This document shows positions 12,518 to 25,769 of a stretch of 64,000 bases of DNA, piece by piece; position 1 is the stretch's first letter, and the number at the start of each line of letters is the position of its first letter. Source of the stretch: Mobula hypostoma (Eukaryota); contig NC_086108.1 in NCBI RefSeq assembly GCF_963921235.1, positions 51,400,001 through 51,464,000 of the forward strand, read 5' to 3'. The position numbers and the translations under genes were made by a program. The notes under the pieces were generated by a model. That model worked only from the letters and a program-made list of their open reading frames with translations, was not told where the DNA came from and did no database searches.

Positions 12518-14108
12518 GTAAAGACATGGGTAAAAAGACAAAGTTAGATACATACATACCTGCACTATAGCTCACAGATGCACACACACACATACGCACT
12601 TACATATAGAAAATCACATACACAAGAACAAAAATGTGCTGTACCTTATACAAAAACAAATATGCACACACAAGCACTTACTTAAGACATTTTAAAGAAA
12701 TACATCTTAATCAAAAGATGCTGTTTGATAACTGATGGATTTTAAACAGGTTATTCATTTTGAAGTGACTCAACTTTCTACCTTAGTCAACCAGGAATAT
12801 ATTTCTCCTAACATGTAACTTTATATTGCATTCTTGGAACGGCGTGACCCAAGCACATAGTCTGACACAGAGAATTAAAAATGTACAAAACACTGGCAAA
12901 TTCATTATGTATTCCACATGATTCACTAACCAAAGACACATTTTTATTCCATACAGTATAATCGCATAAAGAAATGAGAGATATTGGACTGGCCGCTGCA
13001 GTGTTCCACTAATTTTCATCACCTTTGCTTCTAAGACTAAAATAATGTTGTTCACTTAGTGTGCCATAAACATGTAAATAAATCACCAGTTTTCAGTCAT
13101 ACTTTTATAAAATCCCTGTCTGGTAGCATCTTACTAATTTGGAGAAGTCTGGTCATGCTTCACCAAGCCAAAACAAAGAAAATTATGGAAAGATGGATTA
13201 TATGAACGAAGTGTGGATGGATAATGAACCATTGTACTGAGATACCATACATGCAATTCCTCGGCAGCCCTATTGCGCTGATACCACAATGGAGTCCATT
13301 TTATTTGTTGTGAATGGAGGGATAAAAATGTGGCAGAGGGGAAGACAAAGCTCATTAAAGGGGAAATCAACTGGTAATTTATCATTTTCAAGAATACTTT
13401 ACTTGCCATTTTTTTCTCATCACCTCCAGCCAACCCCACAGCAAAGAAGACCCAAAACAACGCTCGTCAAATTTTTGCAACTATTAGACATTAGATATTT
13501 TGCAGCGAATAGATTAAACTCATATTGCTAAATATTGAATATTGTCTGGCAAACATATGACGAAGCTTACCCAGTTGGGAAACTAAACCCATAAGGTCAA
13601 TAACCCAATTGTATCTTAGATCTGTCATAAATTGGAGTGCATTGTTGCTGAGTGTGGAAAATGCCTTCCCCACATCATGTTAAATTATTAGACGGTCCAC
13701 AAAGTGTAAAACATCACACCAGGGAGCACAGCTCACTCAGTGATTCACAAATTAAGTCAATTATTTTGAGATGGCTTTCATTTAAACAAATAGGACTGGT
13801 ATTGTTAAATCATTCTTCATTTCTAAAAATGCTATCTAAATTGAATTTAATATCTCCCACTGACTTACTCATAGTAGTTGGTTACAGATGTCCCATCATT
13901 TTTTCTGTAAATATAAATCCGATGTGAATCTTTCAACAGTAGGAATTTATTAGAAGTCAGGAAGGAATCAGAGAATTTTGTAACGAAGTGTAATGGATTA
14001 AATTCAGTTACTTTATATTACAAACAGAATAGTCATGAAAATCACCCTTTCGGGGTTCCTGAAACCATTAACTGGATTCTGCACATAGCTGAGTTTTATG
14101 GGTTCCAA

Positions 14109-14263
14109 CACACATCAAAGTTCCAACACATCAGGACTGACGAAGGGCCTCGGCCTGAAACGTCGACTGCACCTCTTCCTACAGATGCTGCCTGGCCTGC
14201 TGCGTTCACCAGCAACTTTGATGTGTGTTGCTTGAATTTCCAGCATCTGCAGAATTCCTGTTG
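14109..14263 (+). mobile_element. Solo PLE terminal repeat with hammerhead core and short inverted stubs
   Basis: CTGACGA (14137-14143), GAAA (14157-14160), CGTC. 14 bp TSD tttatgggttccaa (14095-14108 / 14264-14277). Confidence 0.9.
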
Positions 14264-14620
14264 TTTATGGGTTCCAATTTCAGTTCTTGTTCTGCACTAA
14301 GTAAGCTGACTTTAAATAAGAATTCCTAGAGTTACTGAACCACATTTTTTTTTAAATGATGTTGCCACTGCTTGCTGTTGTGGACATTCCAAGATGGAAC
14401 TGAGCACCATTGGAAAATCTTACCTTTAATTGGTGAAGAAAGCTTTGGTCTCAGTAGCCATTGATGTCAGTGAACAGGATAGACCTGACTTCCATCATTA
14501 CCAATGGGAAAGAAACAGTCCTGGAAGACTGTTTACTACTTATTCCCATGCACTTACTTCTACCTGTAAAATATGAAACATCAAGTTTAGAGAGCTACAA
14601 GACGAACTTGAAAAGGGTTT

Positions 14621-14853
14621 AAAAACGCAAACACGAGGAATTCTGCAGATGCTGGAAATTCAAGCAACACACATCAAGGTTGCTGGTGAACGCAACAGGC
14701 CAGGCAGCATCTCTAGGAAGAGGTACAGTCGACGTTTTGGGCCAAGACCCTTCGTCAGGACTAACTGAAGGAAGAGCTAGTAAGACTGTACCTCTTCCTA
14801 GAGCTGCTGCCTGGCCTGCTGTGTTCACAAGCAACTTTGATGTGTGTTGCTTA
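14621..14853. mobile_element. PLE insertion made of two inverted terminal-repeat arms
   Basis: 14662-14730 is the reverse complement of 14784-14852 (a few mismatches); flanked by aaaagggttt (14611-14620 / 14854-14863). Confidence 0.9.
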
Positions 14854-15031
14854 AAAAGGGTTTGACTGCTTTTAAAGTTGAACCTTTTTAGTGTATTGTT
14901 GAGATGCAGGAGCATTGTTTTCCTAAACTGAGCCTTGCTCCATCAAATGTACAAAATGGTTAGTTTACTTATTTAGCCTTCAATGTCTGCCTACAGTCAT
15001 TCCTTGAGAATTAATGATTAGAACTTCATCA

Positions 15032-15134
15032 AAAACACAAGAAGTATCTCTTTCCAAAACATCAATTGTTCAATCATCTTCATAGATGCTGCCTGACCTG
15101 TTGAGCTCCTCCAGCATTTTGTGCGTGTTGCTCA
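15032..15134 (+). mobile_element. Degenerate PLE terminal fragment
   Basis: catagatgctgcctgacctgttgagctcctccagcattttgtg; 12 bp TSD agaacttcatca (15020-15031 / 15135-15146). Confidence 0.75.
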
Positions 15135-15199
15135 AGAACTTCATCAGTGTGTTTTATATTTATCTTACAGGCTCAGCTGATTGCAATCTTGAACATGAG

Positions 15200-15510
15200 G
15201 TTGAACATTGAATGTACAGATTGTACTCCAGGGACATGATGATATAACAGAGACTAAGATATTGATGCTGAAGGAGTCATTTTTCAAAGTGAATGTCAAA
15301 CTGTACACCCTTATATCCCTCTCTGGTGAATGCAAAAGATCTAATGAAACTATCTGAGAAAAAATGAAGATCTTTTCCCCCAGTTTGCTGGCCAGTCCTC
15401 CATTTTCTTAGCATCACTCTCTTCTCTGGGTATAGTGTTAATGAAGCTTTACTTTTCATTGGTGTAAGTAAGCACTGCTCTGTATGCACCAGCCAAGAAG
15501 CCTCACCCAC
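15200..15510 (+). mobile_element. Possible ancient Deu-domain SINE remnant
   Basis: ctctctggtgaatgcaaaagatctaatgaaactat...gctggcca resembles the DeuSINE core as recalled; highly diverged. Confidence 0.4.
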
Positions 15511-16229
15511 AATGCTTTTGAAAATATTGTTCACAAAGGAATTTATGGTTCTTTTACCATGGAGGTGATGTTAGTATGGTTCAAACGTGTGACATCACTT
15601 TGTAGTTGGAGTAATTCTTTATCTCTAACTTTCTCCACTTCCGCTGTCTTTGTTAGTGTTTTAGTCAAGGATTTTTTTTACTATCCTTTTCTTCTTATCA
15701 GGCAGTTTTTCAGCTGCTTTCTGCTTTTAAAATCCTACTGTCATTGGGATTTCTCAGCAATTTCGCATCAAATTACCAACCCTATTTGTACAAACCTCAT
15801 CTGAAATTGTTCCATTAAAATCTAACTGTACTTGGCATCACAGTGACACAATTTTGGATTGGATTAACAAATTGTATTAAATAATCCAAATTTTAAATAA
15901 CTTGATGCAGAGGGCATCATAAATAAAAAATACCCTCTGTGTAGAACTGTAACTCAGAAGCAGATTGCATGAATGGTGCAAAATTGCACATTTGGTGCAG
16001 ATATTAAAAGATAACATTCTATCTCTCAGGATGGAAGCCTTTACTAGCTCATTGGAAGTTACCTTATCTTTGAAATTTTCTACTCATGTAAATATGCATT
16101 TCACTCTTGAAAGTTAGTATTAAATCTCAATTTTCTGGTTGTGCATTCCAGAGCATTCATGTATAAAATTACCCCTTCATTTTTTTTGATTCTTTTGCCA
16201 ATTATCATAAATCTGTCCTATGATTAGTA

Positions 16230-16460
16230 ACAAAATTAGAGTTGAAATAATTTCTCTTTATTTATTTTTACAAAATTCTTAATAATTTTGAACACCTCTA
16301 TTCAATCTCCCTTGAAATGTTCCCACTGTAAGAAGAGAATGCCCGACTCTCCTGTAAATGGCATCCTTCATCGTTGGTATCATCACTATCAAGTTCTGTA
16401 GATCGTGATGACTGAAATATAAATCTGGATACAATACTCCAGCAAGGTCATTACTAGTGA
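16230..16460 (-). mobile_element. Highly decayed CR1 fragment
   Basis: Antisense LLEYCIQ motif; weak similarity to 7130-7370. Confidence 0.5.
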
Positions 16461-16621
16461 TTTAGCATCACTTGATAAAGAACAAATCAATAAACAGGCA
16501 CAGAGGAATAAGCTGCAAAACATGCAAACGGTATTTACTGAATACACAAAAGACATCACCAATATAATTTCAATTCCTTTTAACTTAACTAACAATAAAT
16601 ATACAGGTGTAAATACCTTCC

Positions 16622-17332
16622 AGTAAGATGGCAGCACGCTTGGACGCAGCAGCTTCTACACGGTTAATCAGGTGCTATTTTCTTCTCCCAACATTGTTTA
16701 CCATTGCAAGACCCTGCTGGACAATAAGAACTAAAAGTACTGCATGTCTACCCCATCAGTGAGTTGCTCGTTGGCGGAGAAACGTCAGTGCACAAAGGAG
16801 TTGTGCGGTCTATCTACAAGTGATCGTTTTGGTTGCTTTTCTTGTGATCGCAAAACCCTATTGGACATTGGTGGTGTGGTATGCTGCAAGTCCAATTCAT
16901 TAGTTTATTGACAAATGGTTGGGGCGGACGGCAGGGAAGCTGTGTGGCCTTGGCCATCGTGAGGACTTGGCCTCAAGCTGCAGTGTCGGCTGTTTGCAGC
17001 CACCCATGGGGAGGCATTGGTGTCAGGCGCTCCACCAGAGTGCAGGACGCGGTGTGGTGAGGCGTCCATGCTGGAGTCCAGTGTTTGTTCAGCAGAAGAC
17101 AAGCTATATCGTGTTCAACTGCAGACTGCTGCAACATTCATGGATTCAGGGACTTGGACTATATTTTCTCTGTGACTGTATTTTACTGCTGTTTTATATG
17201 TGCTCTATGTGCCCTGTGCTGTTTATAACTTTGGTACTGTGTTTTGCACCTTGACCACAGAGAAATGCTGTTCGTTTGGCAGTATTCATGGGTGTTCATG
17301 ATTGGTTGACTGACAATTAAACTTGAACTTGT
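16622..17332 (+). mobile_element. Non-autonomous retroelement with Rex1/Babar-type 3' tail
   Basis: Starts aagatggcagc and ends tgacaattaaacttgaacttg, the same tail type as 53690-53714; no RT motifs. Confidence 0.55.
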
Positions 17333-17334
17333 AA

Positions 17335-17420
17335 TAAAAACTCAAAGTACTAGAAATACTCAATGGGTCAGGTAGCATGTATAGAGAATTAATATTTCAG
17401 GTAGATGATATTCCATCAAA
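17335..17420 (-). mobile_element. Very old PLE terminal-repeat remnant
   Basis: tactagaaatactcaatgggtcaggtagcat is collinear with other PLE termini. Confidence 0.45.
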
Positions 17421-19829
17421 TAAAATTTAAAATAAATGAAAATCTACTTGCAAACAAGACCACTTACAGAGTTTGGCCAGACAACAGCTTGAAGCCAACA
17501 AAATAACTTATATTAACCAATCGTTATCATTCTGAGAAACAAACATCACAGTGTGTTTAAATAACAATTTCACTCTTTCTCAAATTCCATTGTCAGAGCC
17601 CTTTTTAAATTTTATTCTTCTTTTGCTTCAGTTTCAATGGACTGTCATAACATACTGTTCCTTCCTACTGTATTTCTATTTCCTTTCCTTCCAATCTCCT
17701 CGTGTACTAATTATTTTAAGAAAGATATTCCCCAAGGTTTCTGCTTTCCATATACAGCAAATGTGGGAGTGGGGAAGATGCTGGAAGCTCAAGAAAGAAC
17801 AGTAGAAATAGCACACAGAACCTTCATGGGAATTCTTCTCATAAAGTATCAGCAGTCCATTGTACAAAGTTAAAATTAAATGAAGCTTCAAATACAGGAA
17901 TGAAATTCCATGATTATGCTGTCTCAGTGTAAAGTATATGATCAGATAAATTTAGTCAGTCACCTCCCACTCATTTTCCGCTCATCACCTGCAGCCTACT
18001 TAAACCCATGGAATTCAGGACCCTCACTGCGTAGGGCAGCTAGAATATGGAGGTGCTGCTGGCCCATTACCATCACATCCTCGCAAAGTGCTTGAAAGAC
18101 AAGCTGCCTACCTGGAACATGTCCACCGACCTTGAAAGCCTCATCACCCTGGCCCTCTGTGTTGACAAGTGTCTTATGGAGTGACCCTCGAGATTGTCAA
18201 CAAGAATCCCAGTTCTGTCCCCAGAAGCATTTCAGGCTGCAGACGCTCAATGTCCATGCCTCCAAAATCCATGCAGTTAGGGAGAGCTCCCTTAATCCCC
18301 CCTCCCTTCAAAAGAGTGTGAGCATTGGTGGAGAAACAACATGTGCACTTACTGCAGAGCCACTGATCACCCACGCATCGTGCCTATTGCGACCGTCAGG
18401 TAGAGACGAGGGGCCTTCTATCTAGTAAGCTCCCTCTGGCCTCTTGTTCCAGCACCATAGATCGACTCAGTCTCTCTGTCCTCCCCCACACCCCGACAGC
18501 TCAACGCACAAAAGAGGCTCCGGTGGATTCTGACACAACAGGCAACTTTCTGGACCGGACTCTGTGTGTGCAACTTGGACTCCCCATTGAGCTTATCTCT
18601 TCACCCCTTTTGCATCATGACCATTGACAGATGTCCTTTGGGGTCTGAGGTGGTCAGAACATGCACACAGCTTGTGCACATGAGCCTCAGAGGGCACCCC
18701 AAGTCCACCCAGTTTCTCCTGATTGACTCACCCAAGACTCCTCTCATCTTGGGTTACTAGATCTTCACCAAACTGGATCTGTGGAATGTGTACATCCTGC
18801 TCCACACCTGCCAGGAGGATGAGTGGAAGATGGAGCTTGTCATGCCCACTGGCCACTATGAATACCTGGTGATGCCTTTTGGACTTTCCAACAATCCAGT
18901 CATTTGCTAAACCTTCATCAGTGAGTTCCTCAGAGATATGTTACCCAGGTTAGTGTTTGTCTACCTGATCAACATCCTTATCTTCTCCAGGACCCCCAAG
19001 ACCATGTCTGATCAGTCCTTTAGCATTTCCTCAAAAACCAACTGTACTGCAAGTTAGAAGATGACGGTTCCACACCCCTGTCATTTCCTTCTTGGGTTAC
19101 GTCCTTTCACCCTAAGGCATAACCTTGGACCTAGAGTAAGTACGTGCCGTTATTGAATGACCCTGACTGTTCTCCCTCAAATAGCTACAGCAATTCTTGG
19201 GCTTCACTAACTTCTACCACCTGTTTATCAGGAACTACAGTCAAATCACCACTCCTCTCCTCCCTCACTAAATCACCTACCTCATGGAAAACCTGGTCTT
19301 GCTGCCACAGATCACACTATCAAGAAGCTCAAGCGATTCTTCACGACTGCTCCCATTCTCCACCACACGAACTCCTCCGAACTTTTTGTGGTAGAGGTGG
19401 GTGCATCTGACGTGGGTGCTTGGCCATTCTCTTGCAGGGAGGTCCGAATGGAAAGACACATCCTTGTGCTTTCTTTTTGTGCAAGTTCAACTCTACGTAG
19501 CAGTGTTATGGAGTAGGAGACAGGGAGCTACTTGCCACCAAATGGGCCTTGGAGGAAGGCTGATGAGAAACACAAAGCCCTTCCTGATCTGGGCTGACCA
19601 CCAAAACGTCGTATCCATTCAACAGATCTGCCAACTCAACCCATGTCTGACTTTCTGGGACCAATTCTTCGAACAATTCAATTTCACCATCTCCAAGAAC
19701 CAGCTCCAAGAACTCTAAGGTGGATGCCCTGTCATAACAGTTCAAACCAGTTGAAATGGGGATCAACCCTAAGTTCATCATTCCATCTTCGCAGATCCTT
19801 GCCCTGATCTCTGAACAAGAAGGTGTCTG

Positions 19830-22800
19830 TGAACCATGGTGACTTGTTGTGGGCTGCTTATAAAACTTCTAAATATATGTCTTTTGAATTACTCTCATTG
19901 CGATCTGCAGCCTGTAATTTCCTTTGAGGCAACGCACTTTTGAACTGCCTTAAAGAAGGACTCGGTGGAATTAACCCCCAAGCATGCAGGTACAGCATCT
20001 TTAAGTAGACAAAGGTACATCACCATGGCATAAGAGAGGGGGAGGGGAGGACTCCAAGCTAGGCTGAGATTCAGAGGAATGAAACTCCATCCAACCAGCA
20101 TCTTGTTAGCAAATGTACAGTTGTTGGAGAACATGACTGAGGACATAAGCGCAAGATTGGTCTATCGGAGAGAAATGGAGAATTGTTGTGTTCTGCTTTT
20201 CGTGGAGACATGGCTCACTCTGAACACACCGGCTGCATCAGTAAGACCTGAGGGCTTCTCAATACACAGTTTGGACTGAGATGCTGATTCAGAGAAGGCA
20301 AAAGATGAGTGTGTTTGTTTCATGATAAACCCTTTGTGGTGCTTGGATGTGGCAGTTTTGTTGTACTCTCGTTCCCCCGACCTGGAACATCCAATGATTA
20401 AGTGCCAACCCTTCCACTTACAAAGAGAATTCTCCTCCATGACCCAGACCACAGCTTACGAACGGCCAAAAGACGACATTAATCAGACACTTGAGATATT
20501 GAATGCTGCCATCACCGATCAAGAAATAGCCAACCCCAATGCATTTCAAATCAATGTCAGGGACTTCAATAAGGTTTGTTTGAAGAAATTTCTTCACTAT
20601 TATCATTAACGGATAATATGCAGCACCAGGGGCCCCAACACGCTCAACCACTGCTATACTGTGATGAGGAATCCCTTCTGTTCCATGCCTAGACCGCATT
20701 TCAGGAAATCTGATTACTTAGCTGTCCTCCTACCTGCATACAGGCAGAGGCTAAAGAGCAAGGCTCCAGAGATAAGGACAAAAAAGAGGTGGCCGGGGGA
20801 GGCAGAGGAATGGCTACGGGATTGCTTCGAGTCAGTGAAATGGGCCATGTTCAAGGACTCTTTCGAGGATCTGAATGAACACACCAGGGGTTTTCAGTCT
20901 TCATAAAAACAGTCGTCGAAGAGTGAATCATTCAGATTCCTCCTCAACCAGAAGCCCAGGATGAATTATGAAATTGGCAATCTGCAGATCAATGGCATTC
21001 AGTTCTGGCAACCAAGTCAGATACAAGAGGTCCAGGTACAATCTCCAGAAAGCCATATCACATGCAAAGTGGCAATTCCAGACCAAACGTGAATTACTGA
21101 AAGATAATGAAAGCTGTGGAAGGGCTTGAATGCTATTACAAAGTGAAGCCAAGCGACATAGGTGAAAACCAGGCTTTGCTCCCAAATGAACCCAGTGCCT
21201 TCTGTGCTCACTTTGACTCAGAACAAGGGCATCACAAACTCCCACAGTCTCTGATGACCCTGTGATTTCAGTCTCTAAGGCTGATGTGAGAACACACCTC
21301 AGGAGGGGGAACACACAGAAAGCATCCAGCCCAGATGGGGTATGTGGTTGAGTACTGAAGACCTATGCTGATCAACTGACTGGAGTATTCACCAACATTT
21401 TAACCTTTTGCTTCAGCAGTCTGAGGTATCCACCTGCTTCAAGCAGGCTTCAGTTATACTGTTGCCCAAGAAGAACTTGGCAACCTGCGTCAATGACTAT
21501 CATCCAGTACCACTTAATGAAGTCTTTTGAGAAGCTGGATTTGAAACATATCAACTCCTGCCTAAAAAGTAATTTGGATCCATTCCAATTTGCCTACCAT
21601 CACAATAGGTCAAGATCAGATGCCATTTCAATGGTTCGTTGTTGAACCCTGGGACGTCTGGACAGCAAGGATGCATAAATCAGGATGCTCTTTATCGACT
21701 ATAGCTCAGCATTCAAAACATCGTCGGCTCAAAACTAATCAATAAGCTTCAAGATGTTGGCCTCAATATCTCCTTGAGAAATTGGATCCTTGCTTTCCTC
21801 ACTTGCAGACCCCAGTCAGTTCAGATTGGCAATATCTCCTCCACAATCTCCATCAGCACAGGTGCACCACGAGGTGTGCTTATCTCCCTGCTCTATTCAC
21901 ACTATACTTGTGACTGGGAGGCTAAGCACGGCTCCAACACCGTATTGAAGTTTACCGATGACACCATGTCAAAGGTGAGAACAAATCAGAATTTAGGAGG
22001 GAGATTGAAAATCTGGCTAAGTGGTGCCATAACAACATTTCTCACTTAATGTCAGCAAGACCAATGAGCTGAGCATTGACTTCAGGAGGAGGAAACCAGA
22101 GGTCCATGAGCCAGTCCTCATTGGAGGATCAGAGGTGGAGAGGGTCAACAGCTGTAAATTCCTCGGTGTTATTAATTTGGAGGACCTGTCCTGGGCCCAG
22201 CACGCAAGTGCAATTACAAAGAAAGCACGGCAGAGCCTCTGCTTCCTTAGGAGGTTGCAGAGATTTGGCATGACATCTAAAACTTTGACTAACTTCTATA
22301 GATATGTAGTGGAGAGTAGATCGGCTGGCTGCATCACAGCCTGGTATGGAAACACCAAAGCCTTTGAATGGGAAATCTTTCAAAAGGTAACAGATATAGC
22401 CCAGCTCATCACGGGTAAAGCTCTCCCACCATTGAGCACATTTATACAGGGTGCTGTTGCAGGAAAGCAGCATTTATCATCGAGGTCCCTCACCACTCAA
22501 GCCATGCTCCCTTTTCACTGCTGCCATCAGGAAGAAGGTACAGGAGCCTCAGGACCCATGTCACCAGGTTCAGGAACAGTTGTTACCTCTCAACCATCAG
22601 GCTCTTGAACCAGCGGGCACAACGTCACTCAGTGTCACTCACCCCAACACTGAATTGTTCCCACAACCTATGAACTCACTTTCAAGGACTTTTCATCTCA
22701 TGTTCTTGGTATTTATTGCTTACTTATCTATTATTATTATTTCTTTCTTGTCTTTTGTATTTGCACAGTTTGTTGTCTTTTGCACATTGATTGTTTGTCC
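19830..22800 (+). mobile_element. Rex1/Babar-type LINE, about 3 kb, decayed
   Basis: ILLANVQLLEN..CCVLLFVETWL (endonuclease), LDPFQFAY, MLFIDYSSAF, KFTDD, FLGVINLEDLSW..KKARQSLCFLRRL. Confidence 0.88.
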
Positions 22801-23622
22801 ATCCTATTTGGATTTCATCATGGCTTTGCCACCTTCCGATGTGGCCACAGTGATCATGACCATGGTGAACCAGTCCTCCATGGCAACCCACTTCATTACT
22901 CTTCCCATATTTCTGTTGGCCATTGAGACGGTGGGTCTGGTTCTCCAACATGTACTCCACCTCCACGGCTTCACCCAGGACCTTGTATCAGACTGAAGCC
23001 CACAATTCATCTCCCACATCAGGAAAGCCTTCTGCCCCCTTCTCCACACCTCAGTGAGTTTCTCCTCTGACTACCATTCGCAGACCAAAGGTCAATCAAA
23101 AAGAACCAATTAACAAATGGAGAAGTTTCTGTGATGCTTCACTTCCTCTAACCTTTCCACATGGAAAAGGTATCTACTCTGAGCCGAACTGTCCCACAAT
23201 CCAAATATCTCCTCTGCCACAAGTATGGCACCACTTGAAGTGCCTCATGGCTACCAACCCCTGTTGTTCCCCACAGAGGAACCAACAGTGGAAGTCCTGT
23301 CCGCCATGGCCCTGATTCACCGCAACTGGAATGCAGTGGGCCATCCTAGCTGCCAACCGCACTGGCTGCCTCTAGACCAATCACTGGCCGTGCACAGTCA
23401 GACTGCTCCAGCCTGGGGATTATGCCCCGTGCAACAACTCCCGCAAGCTCTCGCCCCAGATCACTGATACCTTTAAGATTACTAATTGCATTATCCAGTC
23501 ACTTACCGTCTCCATCTGCTACTGTCTGTTAGGATACATCCACCTTTCATATGTCCTGCCTCAAGCTTTTTGTCCATGGGCTACTCAGCCAGCCTAGGCC
23601 TGCTGCACCTCAGATGGTGGAA

Positions 23623-24190
23623 GCAACACACATCAAAGTTGCTGGTGAACGCAACAGGCCAGGCAGCATTTCTAGGAAGAGGCGCAGTCGACGTTTCAGG
23701 CTGAGACCCTTCGTCAGGACTAACTGAAGGAAGAGTGAGTAAGGGATTTGAAAGTGGGAGGGGGAGGGAGAGATCCAAAATGATAGGAGAAGACAGGAGG
23801 GGAAGGGATGGAGCCAAGAGCTGGACAGGTGATTGGCAAAAGGGATACGAGAGGATCATGGGACAGGAGGCCCAGGGAGAAAGATACGGGGGAGGGGGGG
23901 GAAACCCAGAGGATGGGCAAGGGGTATAGTGAGAGAAAAAGGAGAGAGAGGAAAAGAATGTGTGTATATAAGTAACTAACGGGTGGGGTACGAGGGGGAG
24001 GTGGGGCATTAGCGGAAGTTTGAGAAGTCAATGTTCATGCCATCAGGTTGGAGGCTACCCAGATGGAATATAAGGTGTTGTTTCTCCAACCTGAGTGTGC
24101 TTCATCTTTACAGTAGAGGAGGCCGTGGATAGACATATCAGAATGGGAATGGGACATGGAATTACCGTTTGTAAAATGTGTGGCCATTTT
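23623..24190 (-). mobile_element. Neptune-type PLE, 5'-truncated, inside the Gypsy element
   Basis: 9 bp TSD atggtggaa (23614-23622 / 24191-24199). Confidence 0.93.
23685..23721 (-). ncRNA. Minimal type I hammerhead ribozyme motif
   Basis: Minus strand AGUC-CUGACGA-AGGGUCUCAGCCU-GAAA-CGUC-GACUG; core intact. Confidence 0.75.
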
Positions 24191-25149
24191 ATGGTGGAAT
24201 GATGGTCCAGCGTACATGGATTGCCAGTTGATGGATTTTCAGCATCATGAATGGGGTGTGCAGCACCTGGTTGACTTGGAAGAGCACGGACAGGAGGAGA
24301 GGTCTTCTGCCATCCAGTTTCATCTTGGGTCAATTGCTTATTGAGGAGTTGCACTGGACCCATCCACATCATCCTGGGCCATCAGGTGCCAACCGTAGTG
24401 GGTGGGGGGGGGGGCCTGGGGTGCTGTTAGCTTTGCACAGGCAGGCACTTTCCAGTCTCCACCCAGCTAACAGGAATGACTCATTTCCAACTCATCATCT
24501 GCAGCCTATTTAAACTCTGCTCTCGCCCCACAGCCTGGTTCACGCATATGAACCAACCAGCCTCAACCAATTGCTCTCTGTCTTCAGCTGTCTGTTCTCT
24601 CTTTTTTTGTGCCCCACCTTGACTTGCTACTTTACAGTCTATTATTAAAGCTATCGTTCACAGCTGAATTGTCTCCGTGTTTCATTTAGGTTAAGATCAT
24701 CGACATTTCTTCACATATCCAGAATTCTAACCTCATTCACTCCTGTGCAATAGTAATTTTCAAATTAACTCCAAGTTATACATTTGGCATCAGGAATTTT
24801 GAGATGATGTTTTATAATACATCTTAATGTTGAATAAATATTGATTCATTTTCCATGATTTTTATATATGAAAAATTAATTCCAAGGATGCTACCCATGT
24901 CCAGTGGAGTTGCATAAGAAACGCATAGTTAAGCCAAAGCTTGGTAGAGTGAGAAAGAGGTAAAGGCTAGGAAGGAGGAAAAGGATGTGGATAAGGAAAC
25001 AATTACTCAGTAAAACAAATAGACCATATCTGGACAAATCGGATGGAATCCAACAGAAAATAATTCTCTCTATGATACTTGAGTCTTGTCATGGTTATCA
25101 GGTTTTGGCTAGGTAAAGACCCAATCTCATTTGTAAAATTTTGTAATTT

Positions 25150-25440
25150 ACTTTCTTAGGTGTCTGAGAAGATTCAATATGTCCACCAAGATTCTCTCGA
25201 ACTTCTACAGATGAGCAATGGAAAGTATTCTGACAGTAGCATCTCAGAATAGACAGCTATGGCAACTACCTTGCTATTGACTGACGGGAACTTCAGAAAA
25301 TGGTAAAGTCAGCACAGTTCATCACCTTCTCATTCTATTTATTATTACTACCAGGTACACTGTATATACTGTGAGATTTATGTGAACAGAAATTTCATTG
25401 CATCCTGCTGTATATGACAATAAACTAATCTGAATCTGAA
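25150..25440 (+). mobile_element. Rex1/Babar-type LINE 3' fragment
   Basis: NFYR..MESILT-like remnant; ends aataaactaatctgaatctgaa. Confidence 0.7.
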
Positions 25441-25769
25441 ATGGTGTCTATTAGCATTAAACCCAACCTACTGAACAGTAAACTAACATTACTCACTTTA
25501 TCATAATGAAGTAACAGCTCTCTGGTTGGTGCTGGATTCTTGTCTAAACTTCAATCTTGTTGGCTTACAGATGAATTGTACTTTCCTAGCCTACCACCAG
25601 TTTTTGGTTTCCTTCATTCGTTATTCCTCTTCATTTGTCACCTGCACTGATTTTTTTAATTGAACCATGGGAACCATGGGAAACTGAAATGAAATACGAT
25701 AGGACAGGAATTAAAAAGTTCCCTTGTAAATATTATAACAGGGAAGTCTTAGTCACAGTTAAAAAGACC

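Larger units (their letters stand above)
17960..24715 (+). mobile_element. Decayed Sushi-like Ty3/Gypsy element interrupted by a LINE and a PLE
   Basis: Protease VDSDTTGNF (about 18523), FTKLDL, GHYEYLVMPFGL, RNase H, integrase DFIMALPPS (22811 on), G-rich PPT and 3' LTR from 24425. 17969-18006 matches the LTR at 24478-24515. Confidence 0.85.

Noticed and set aside
14662..14852. miRNA precursor or MITE
   Set aside because: Both arms are PLE terminal-repeat sequence.
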